A program made the translations under genes and the position numbers. Of a stretch of DNA of 64,000 nt, positions 31,187 through 38,232 are shown in pieces; the first letter of the stretch is position 1; each line of letters opens with the position of its first letter. The DNA is from Desulfocapsaceae bacterium (GTDB lineage: Bacteria; Desulfobacterota; Desulfobulbia; Desulfobulbales; Desulfocapsaceae). The stretch spans positions 96,326 to 160,325 of the forward strand of contig CAXXRX010000001.1 of the NCBI GenBank assembly GCA_963675545.2, in the 5' to 3' direction. Under the pieces are notes generated by a model that did not search any database, had not been told where the DNA came from, and saw only the letters and a list, made by a program, of their open reading frames with translations.

Positions 31187-31459
31187 AAATGATTCTTGAT
31201 TCAGGTAATTCAACAATTCAGCAGTGAATTTAACACTTCCATATCAAAGGTAAGTATTTCTGACTTTACCCTCCGCAAAGGTAGTTCCTGTGCAGTTACG
31301 GTTTGGTAGGGAGTAGCAATTTGTTGATCGGAAATTAAATGGTTGCAGGAAAAATCTTTACACTACAGAAATGAAAATAACCGGCTTTGAAAGACATTGA
31401 AAATGGCATAACCATCAAAGCCTATATTTTTTTACTTTGAGCTGAGAACTGCTTTTCTG

Positions 31460-31648
31460 GCTCGGAGATAATTCGTCTTACCGCCCTGAAAGACAATATC
31501 AGCAAGCATCTCAGCCCTCTCTATCATGTCGGAGTACCTGAAAGTCCAGGGACGTTTCAAGCATCTTTCTCCGGAGCAGGTGGAAGGCATCTAGCAGGAG
31601 GTCGATGAACGTTATCAGGGTCTTGTGGAACTGGCCTCAGGGAAGTAG
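31460..31648 (+). pseudogene. decayed 3' fragment resembling the C-terminus of a 2-oxoacid:ferredoxin oxidoreductase beta subunit (PorB-like)
   Basis: Reads '..SEYLKVQGRFKHLSPEQVEGI*QEVDERYQGLVELASGK*' with an in-frame TAG and an upstream frame change. This resembles the '..EYLK.QGRF.HL..E.I..IQ..VD.RW..L' tail of PorB-type proteins as I recall it. Confidence 0.3.
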
Positions 31649-31708
31649 AGTGCGGGCATCATGCCTGGAAAAGCAAGGCTGTTTAAGGACTTCCAGCGTC
31701 TCTGGGCC

Positions 31709-32851
31709 TTACATATAGCGAGGGAGTACATCGAACAGTCGATCGACCTCGGCCTTGTCATTATAAACATGAGGAGCCAGTCGAATGCTGCGTCCCCGGA
31801 TGTTGATGTAGACCTTGTCCTTCTGCAATGCTGTTGCCAATTCAGGCGATACGTTCGGGGAGAGGGTAACGCCGACCATGTTGCTGGAACAGTGAGCTGC
31901 TGCAGTGTGTCTGAAACCGCAGGCCCGGGCTTTTTCCATGATGTAGGTGACCAGTGATCTGTTGTACTCGGTTACCGATTCAATTCCCCACTCGAGCAGT
32001 TGTTCAAGTGCGGCAATAGCCATTCCGAGGGATACAGGATTTGCCCGTTCGCCAAAATCATAGCGTCGGGCTCCTTTCTGGTAGTCCGACTGGTAATTGG
32101 TCAGGTTCGCGAATTCGTTGCTTTTTGCACGATTCAGCCAGCCCTGTTCGAGCGGAATGCCGTTGCGCCATTGTTCTGCCATGTAGACAAAACAGAGTCC
32201 GTAGGGACCAAGCAAGCCCTTGTAGCCGGTATTGATCAGGAAATCAGGCTGGATCGAAGCAGCATTAAATAACGAGGCTCCCAGTGACTGCGAGGCGTCA
32301 ACGACCAGCGCCGCACCGACTTCCCTGGTTTTCTTCCTGACCTTGACGAGATCGATTCCGGCTCCGCTGATCCAGTGTATCTGTGGCAGTGAGACGATGG
32401 CGGTCTCTGAGTCGATGGAAGCAAGTACCGCCTGGGTCAGGTCATCATCATCCGGGTAGGGGACCCGAGTCAGACGTGCTCCGTTTTCTTTGGCAAGAAC
32501 TTCCCAGGGATAGACATTAGAGGGGAACTGTTCTTTCAGGATGACGATAGCCTGCCCTTTTGTAACCGGAATATTGAGAGCCGCCAAGCCGACACCATAA
32601 CTGACTGAGGGTGCAAGTGCCACGCCGTCGGCATCTCCTTGTATCAACTCGGCAAAAAGCCTGCGGACCTTCTCCGCCGGTTCAAAGAAATCAGGCGGGG
32701 TAATCGCCCATGGCTCCAGGCGCCGGTGAACGCCGGCGACAGCGGCTGCCTCCACGCTCTTCAACAGTGGAGACATATATGAGCAGTTCATGTAACAGAC
32801 GCCCTCAGGGATAAGGAAGGCGTCACGCCGGCAGGTCAGGGGAGCAGTCAT
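31709..32851 (-). CDS. aminotransferase class-V fold PLP-dependent enzyme (cysteine desulfurase / selenocysteine lyase-like)
   Basis: 380 aa. 'LVVDASQSLG' followed by 'NTGYKGLLGPYG' (Lys in the PLP position) is typical of class V. Confidence 0.75.
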   Translation of the reverse strand: MTAPLTCRRDAFLIPEGVCYMNCSYMSPLLKSVEAAAVAGVHRRLEPWAITPPDFFEPAEKVRRLFAELIQGDADGVALAPSVSYGVGLAALNIPVTKGQAIVILKEQFPSNVYPWEVLAKENGARLTRVPYPDDDDLTQAVLASIDSETAIVSLPQIHWISGAGIDLVKVRKKTREVGAALVVDASQSLGASLFNAASIQPDFLINTGYKGLLGPYGLCFVYMAEQWRNGIPLEQGWLNRAKSNEFANLTNYQSDYQKGARRYDFGERANPVSLGMAIAALEQLLEWGIESVTEYNRSLVTYIMEKARACGFRHTAAAHCSSNMVGVTLSPNVSPELATALQKDKVYINIRGRSIRLAPHVYNDKAEVDRLFDVLPRYM

Positions 32852-33017
32852 CTCGATGTTCTCGGTTGTGATTATTCGTGATTCGCATGGTGCACAAACT
32901 GGTGGCGAATGTACTACTGAACACTGATGAAAACAAGATGAAATATGGGGGGCGCAGCCGTTGAACGATCAGCAGCAATATGCATTATCGAGAGTAATGT
33001 TGCAGAGTATTAGAAGC

Positions 33018-35177
33018 TCAGCTGCCCAGTAGGGTTTTCTTGTCCTGCAGCCAGTCACGTACCCGGTTGCTGATCAGGCGTCCAAGTGAAATACGGGATC
33101 CGCGTGTGTACAGGGTCGCCGGTTGACCGTCTTTCACTTTTTCCGTCACTTCTGCCGGCAGCTCCACATCAAGTGTGAACCGTGGTGCAAACAGTTCAAA
33201 ACGATAGCGCTGCTCCATATCCTTTCCGGTAGTGGAGACAGCCTGCTGTCGGACATCGAGCGGCCCTCCGTACACTGCTCCCAGCGCCGGATGGATCAGT
33301 TCACTGGTTGCAGTGGGTGAAACCTGTTTGAGTGTGCCGGTAACAATACCGAGTCCTGCGGAGCGCATGTCTATTTTCAGGGGCTGGTTTATCAGTGCCC
33401 GGAACTGTTCAACATCATCTTGAGAGGCGCTTGCGGTGATCTGCTTCTGTCCCGGACTGACGATCCAGAAAACTTCCTGGCCCCTGAAAAGATAGGTTCC
33501 CTCAAGTGCATCAAGACCGGCGCCAACAATAACGCCATCACCTTGGGCGCGGACATTGATGGCTCTCAGGTCTGCCTCTCTATCCTGCAGTTTTTCCGAC
33601 AGGTTCTGCTGCTGTTCCTGGAGGATCTGCAGTTTGGTGAGTTGGCCGGTGGACTGGGCGAGACGTCGTTCCAGTTCCAGCTGTTGGATCTGCAGCTGCA
33701 GATCACGGGCAGCATGTGTGAGCTCAGTATTCTCCAGGGTCAGCAGCAGCGCACCCCGGCGTACCTGCTGGCCTGCCGTGACGTAGACATTGCCGACAAA
33801 ACCTTCGGTTTCCGGGCGGACACTGTACTGGTGTCGGTATTCAACGATTGCCGGAGCTTGAATCCTCTGCTCCCAGCTGATCAGGCGAAGGGTGACGGTG
33901 ATGACCAGCAGGGTTAGAGAAAGGCGCAGCAGCAGGTGGCGCAGGGCATGAGGATTCTGTTGCCGGTGAAGCGGCAGCCGCTTAAGAAACTGGTAGACAG
34001 GCATGCCGACCCAGACAACGGCAGCACCGATCGTTGCCAGGATGCCGAAGCCTCCGGCCATGGTGCTGGCGATATAGCCAAGAGAGACGAGAATGAAGAG
34101 GCGCCAGAGATAGATGGCGACGCCATAAAACCTGATAAACCACTGTTTCGGGCTGTTTCGATACAGAGCTCCAGAGGAAATGCCGAGAAACCAGCGTGTT
34201 CCGATTGACCTGATGAACTGCAGGCCGTGGCTGTAAAGATTGGGTATGCCGATCAGGTCGGAAAGGACGTAATAACCATCAAAACGCATGAGCGGATTGG
34301 CATTGAAAAGCAGGGAACTGACCGAGGCGATTATGAACGTATTATGGGCTATGAACCCCGCCGTGGTGTTCGGTTGTCCGGCCCAGACCAGAAGCGCTGC
34401 CCAGCCGATACCGAGCTCGATGAACATGCCGGCGACAGCAACGTGAATGCGCTGCCATTTTGAGGGAAAATTCCATGACGAGGTGGCATTGACATAGGTA
34501 AGCGGAATAAAGAGAATCAGCAGAATGCCGGCCTCGTAAACTCTGCCGCCGTAGCGGCGACAGACCAGGGCGTGAAACAATTCATGAAACAGTTTGAGAG
34601 AAAACCAGATGAGCCAGATAAAAAAAACATTGCCTGCTGAGAAAAAACCGGCGGCCTGACTGCTGAACTCCTGCCATCTTGAAAAAAGCGTACCGAGCGC
34701 CGAGACGGCAAGAATCAGCCAGAGCGCAGCAAACCACTTGCCGGTCAGCCAGGTAAATTTTGGACTGAGGTAGTCCAGCAGAGGGTCCGGATTGAACAGC
34801 GGCACCTTGATGGTGATGATATTGAGCCGGCTGAAGCGCCGGGCATTTTTCTGTTTCTCTTCGATCTCCAGGGCCTGGACCAGGGGGGCGGCATCATCTA
34901 CCTGCAGGAGCTGCCTGGCTGCCAGCCAGTTGAGAATAGCCTGGGCCTGTTCGCTGTCCAGGCGTGTATCACCGGTCTGCGCGACACTCTCCAGCAATTG
35001 TTCAAGTCCGGAGGCCTGGTTCAGCCTGCTGATAAACAGATACTCCTCAAGGCCGATCCGGTAATAGGTGTTGCGAACCGGATCTTTCAGGATGTACTGA
35101 ATACGGTTGCCTTCTTTGACCGGGGAAAAGCGGAGCTCGGAACGGAGTCTCGGCAGGGATGATTCGGCGTGTGCCAT
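33018..35177 (-). CDS. M50 (site-2-protease-type) zinc metalloprotease fused to a C-terminal HlyD-type periplasmic adaptor domain
   Basis: Intramembrane 'HELFH' (34572-34586) and 'NANPLMRFDG' (34275-34304) are the two M50 catalytic motifs. The C-terminal ~300 aa has a lipoyl-like hairpin ('GFVGNVYVTAGQQVRRGALLLTLEN'), a long coiled coil and a beta-barrel like membrane-fusion proteins. Confidence 0.8.
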   Translation of the reverse strand: MAHAESSLPRLRSELRFSPVKEGNRIQYILKDPVRNTYYRIGLEEYLFISRLNQASGLEQLLESVAQTGDTRLDSEQAQAILNWLAARQLLQVDDAAPLVQALEIEEKQKNARRFSRLNIITIKVPLFNPDPLLDYLSPKFTWLTGKWFAALWLILAVSALGTLFSRWQEFSSQAAGFFSAGNVFFIWLIWFSLKLFHELFHALVCRRYGGRVYEAGILLILFIPLTYVNATSSWNFPSKWQRIHVAVAGMFIELGIGWAALLVWAGQPNTTAGFIAHNTFIIASVSSLLFNANPLMRFDGYYVLSDLIGIPNLYSHGLQFIRSIGTRWFLGISSGALYRNSPKQWFIRFYGVAIYLWRLFILVSLGYIASTMAGGFGILATIGAAVVWVGMPVYQFLKRLPLHRQQNPHALRHLLLRLSLTLLVITVTLRLISWEQRIQAPAIVEYRHQYSVRPETEGFVGNVYVTAGQQVRRGALLLTLENTELTHAARDLQLQIQQLELERRLAQSTGQLTKLQILQEQQQNLSEKLQDREADLRAINVRAQGDGVIVGAGLDALEGTYLFRGQEVFWIVSPGQKQITASASQDDVEQFRALINQPLKIDMRSAGLGIVTGTLKQVSPTATSELIHPALGAVYGGPLDVRQQAVSTTGKDMEQRYRFELFAPRFTLDVELPAEVTEKVKDGQPATLYTRGSRISLGRLISNRVRDWLQDKKTLLGS

Positions 35178-35183
35178 AATGGG

Positions 35184-37049
35184 CTAGAAAAGGAAATCCT
35201 TCAACTGCAGCAGGGTATACCAGGGTTTGTGAAAGACAATCCAGCCCAGGGGCCGGGAACCGGCCTGGATAACTGCCTGTCCACGCATGCCCGGCCTGAG
35301 CCTGCCGTCCGGGTTGTCGAACTCAAGCTCGGCAATAAAAACATTGCGATTCTCCCTGATCTCTGATTTCGGGTTGATTTTTTTTATGGATCCAACCCAG
35401 GAACTATCGGGATAGGCGTCGAATCTCACCCGCACATCCATGTCCGGCTGCAGGTGGGTAATATGGTTTTCGCGCACCGCAAGTTCAACAATCATTACTT
35501 CCAGTGGTGACACTTCAAACAGGCTCTGGCCTTTGCTCACAGGGCTGCCGAGTGCCCGCTTGAGGTCGCCGGAGAGCACGATGCCGTCCACCGGGCTCTG
35601 CAGGATGAGGTGCTTTTGCTGCTCGAGCAGCAGGTTGAGCTGCTCGTCGAGCCGCTGTTCCTCGAGCCTGGCAATCTGGGCTCCGGCGGTATTGCCGAGT
35701 GCCAGGTGATGGTCCCGCATTTTCCGGGCCTTGTTGCGTTCTGCCGTTACTGCCGCCCGGGTACTTTCATTCTCCCTGCCATCGAGAATGGCGAGCGTAT
35801 CACCGTTCTGAACCTTGTCTCCGGGCTGCACCAGGACGTCCTGGAGAATTCCATCGAATCTGGCAACAACGAACCTGGTTGAAACCGGCTGTACCAGGCT
35901 CGGCGTACTCAGGCGAAAGGGCAGCGGCACCATGCCGATTGCTCCCAGCAGCGCAATGGCTGCAGGTACCAGCAAATATCTGCTGAACCGGCGTGTCTTG
36001 CCCGCTCCCCGATTTTTCAGCGCAGTGGAAACAGAGCTGCCTCCTTTTTCCTGCACAACGCCAAGGCAGGAAGCCAGCATGCTCCGGCCTGCAGCAAGGG
36101 ATGAAATAAGCCCCTGCCGCTTTCCCGGCTTCTGCCAGAGAAAAATGAGTGCACCTGTCATGGTGCCCTGCGAGTCGCTGAGCGAGAGGCCGACTGCCTG
36201 GGAGTTTGAGCTGCTGTTCAGCAGCTCCTGGAACAGAGCTGAGCTCTGTTCCAGTGCCTCGCTGATTGCCGGAAAAACGAGAATGTCCTGCTGGATGGTG
36301 CATTCATTGAGGGCTTTGGTGTAGATCCTTGATTGTTCGCTGCGCTGATCCACCGAGGTGAGGTGGGAAAGCGAACTGAGAATCATGCGTCCGGAAGCTG
36401 TCATCGTGCCGATTGCCACCTGCTCGCAGTCAGCCCAGGAACGCAGTCGGGCATTGAGCTGCAGCAGGGCTTCCGGCTGGTTACGGTATTCAAGGCTCGT
36501 GGCGACAAGGGCAACCAGCTGCCGGAACAGGTCCCTGTCACTGCCGGCAGGGGGGTTGTCTTTTTCGAGAAACGTACAGAGCAGGGAGGTCAGCAGCTGA
36601 ATGATCACCAGAAAAGATTCGATAGGCTGATCACCCGTGAGAATGATAAAAGACAGACAACCGGTATGTTGGTTATCATATCCTGCCGGGCAGGAAATCA
36701 GCCGGGCGGCGGGAATATTTTCAAGGGTGCCTAATTGTGCCTGTCCACTGTTCACGGCACGCTGGGCATGTTGCTGCATGCAGTCGACTAGATCTGAAGA
36801 CCAGGAGAGGGCCTGCCTGGAGAGCAGTTGCTGTTCGACTGCAAGATCACCGTTCTGCTCCCGGCTAAAATAGATGACACCTGCGGCATTGACCAGGCCG
36901 ACTGCTGCCTGCAGGAAGTCCAGGATAAGCCGATGGCGAGTCTCCGCCTGGTCGCCAAGTTGCTGGAACTGGCTGGAAAGCCGGTGAATGTCCGGGCGTT
37001 TTATGACACCACTGCCCGGAGTGGCGCGGTTTGATAGAATATCGCTCAA
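35184..37049 (-). CDS. HlyD-type membrane-fusion protein with a ~350-aa cytoplasmic N-terminal domain of unknown family
   Basis: Single TM (YLLVPAAIALLGAIGMVPLPF) at about aa 355-375, then 'ARFDGILQDVLVQPGDKVQNGDTLAILD', a coiled coil and 'SPVDGIVLSG'. TTG start at 37049 with no obvious SD. Its stop lies 6 bp before the next gene. Confidence 0.7.
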   Translation of the reverse strand: MSDILSNRATPGSGVIKRPDIHRLSSQFQQLGDQAETRHRLILDFLQAAVGLVNAAGVIYFSREQNGDLAVEQQLLSRQALSWSSDLVDCMQQHAQRAVNSGQAQLGTLENIPAARLISCPAGYDNQHTGCLSFIILTGDQPIESFLVIIQLLTSLLCTFLEKDNPPAGSDRDLFRQLVALVATSLEYRNQPEALLQLNARLRSWADCEQVAIGTMTASGRMILSSLSHLTSVDQRSEQSRIYTKALNECTIQQDILVFPAISEALEQSSALFQELLNSSSNSQAVGLSLSDSQGTMTGALIFLWQKPGKRQGLISSLAAGRSMLASCLGVVQEKGGSSVSTALKNRGAGKTRRFSRYLLVPAAIALLGAIGMVPLPFRLSTPSLVQPVSTRFVVARFDGILQDVLVQPGDKVQNGDTLAILDGRENESTRAAVTAERNKARKMRDHHLALGNTAGAQIARLEEQRLDEQLNLLLEQQKHLILQSPVDGIVLSGDLKRALGSPVSKGQSLFEVSPLEVMIVELAVRENHITHLQPDMDVRVRFDAYPDSSWVGSIKKINPKSEIRENRNVFIAELEFDNPDGRLRPGMRGQAVIQAGSRPLGWIVFHKPWYTLLQLKDFLF

Positions 37050-37064
37050 TGGTACGAAATGGTG

Positions 37065-37367
37065 CTAGTTGACGTCCGACAGCTTTGCCTGCGCAGCAGC
37101 GGGAACCTTTGCGGGATCTGCATCCTGTTTGTTTAAAACGTTGCCAAGTACGGCATGCAGGCGTTTGGCACCATTGATGGTCATGGCCATTCGGGTATGA
37201 ATCGGCAGGATGGACTCACCGCCGGCCGGGTCGGTGATCGGGCCTGAGGAAAAATTAATTGTCAGGTCTTCACCGCTGGTGTTGACAATAAACTGGGACG
37301 CATAGAGGGCCGAGGTCTCGTTGTAACGGACCTTGATCTGCTGTTGTTTCTTGGCATCATCTGTCAT
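37065..37367 (-). CDS. DUF3467-like small cytoplasmic protein
   Basis: 100 aa. 'YASQFIVNTSGEDLTINFSSG....LPIHTRMAMTINGAKRLHAVLGNVL' follows the DUF3467 pattern (Y.N......s..EF.lDF ... sR....p..AKRL..aL..n). GGAG SD upstream. Confidence 0.55.
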   Translation of the reverse strand: MTDDAKKQQQIKVRYNETSALYASQFIVNTSGEDLTINFSSGPITDPAGGESILPIHTRMAMTINGAKRLHAVLGNVLNKQDADPAKVPAAAQAKLSDVN

Positions 37368-37385
37368 GTAGCTATCTCCATGAAG

Positions 37386-38219
37386 TTATCGTTTCGTGAA
37401 CGTGCAGCGGCTGCCGCTCATCAGGTTGTTATCCGGGTTGGCAATGGTGACGCGGACCTCGACGGTACCGCTCTGGGCATTGATGATTGGTGAGATAAAA
37501 GCAATTGTTCCGGAAGCGGCTACCCCATCAATTTCAAGAGGCAGCGTTGTCCCGTGATCCAGGGTGATCGCAATCTCAGGCGGCAGGTGAAAGAGCGCCT
37601 GCAGCGGGTCGAGCTGGACGATCGTCATGAACCGTTCCTGGTCAGTACCGCCGATCAGTTCCGCCAGTTGGCGGTCGATTGTAACGACGATGCCGTCAAC
37701 CGGGCTGCGGAGTTTCTTTTCTTCGATCTGGGCCCGGATGATTGCCGCTTCAAGTTTTTTCAGTGTCTGTTCTTCGAGTGCGCTCTGCAGTTGTGCCCGG
37801 GCCATGAAAAGATCCGTCTGGGCTTTGGTCATTTCCTGGGGGCGGGCGTTGCCGCTTTTCTGCAGGTCCTGTAGCATCTCATACCTGTTTTCCTGCATGG
37901 TGACAAACGCTTTGGCCGAATCTATTCTGCCCTTGAACGAAGCGGCGGTTTCGGCTGATTCCAGCCTCGCTTTGAGCACACTGCTGTCAAGTTCGGCAAG
38001 CAGCTGTCCTGCCTCAACCTTGTCTCCAATGCCGACGTGGATAGCGGTTATACGGTCTCGAAACGGCGCAGAGATCTCTACAACCTGCACCGGTTCCAGA
38101 AAGGCGTCATAGCTCTGGGCCGAAACAAATTGAGCCGGCAAGAGAAGAAAAACAGCAATAATGAGACAGCGTGCAGCACGCGGCCATGCAGTGGTGTCCT
38201 GCCGAGTAATCAGGGTCAT
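37386..38219 (-). CDS. short HlyD/RND-type periplasmic adaptor (membrane-fusion) protein
   Basis: Signal/anchor (CLIIAVFLLLPAQFVSAQ), a lipoyl-like motif 'ISAPFRDRITAIHVGIGDKVEAGQLLAELD', a coiled coil and 'SPVDGIVVTI'. Start at ATG 38219, 13 bp after the TolC-like stop; the ORF is open to 38294. Confidence 0.7.
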   Translation of the reverse strand: MTLITRQDTTAWPRAARCLIIAVFLLLPAQFVSAQSYDAFLEPVQVVEISAPFRDRITAIHVGIGDKVEAGQLLAELDSSVLKARLESAETAASFKGRIDSAKAFVTMQENRYEMLQDLQKSGNARPQEMTKAQTDLFMARAQLQSALEEQTLKKLEAAIIRAQIEEKKLRSPVDGIVVTIDRQLAELIGGTDQERFMTIVQLDPLQALFHLPPEIAITLDHGTTLPLEIDGVAASGTIAFISPIINAQSGTVEVRVTIANPDNNLMSGSRCTFTKR

Positions 38220-38232
38220 CGCGGTCGGAGAA

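Noticed and set aside
35800-36324. Overlapping ORFs in both strands within the 35184..37049 gene (35800..36303 on the minus strand, 35815..36324 on the plus strand, and others).
   Set aside because: These are alternative frames of a GC-rich gene. Only the 621-aa frame yields a TM segment plus HlyD-type motifs.
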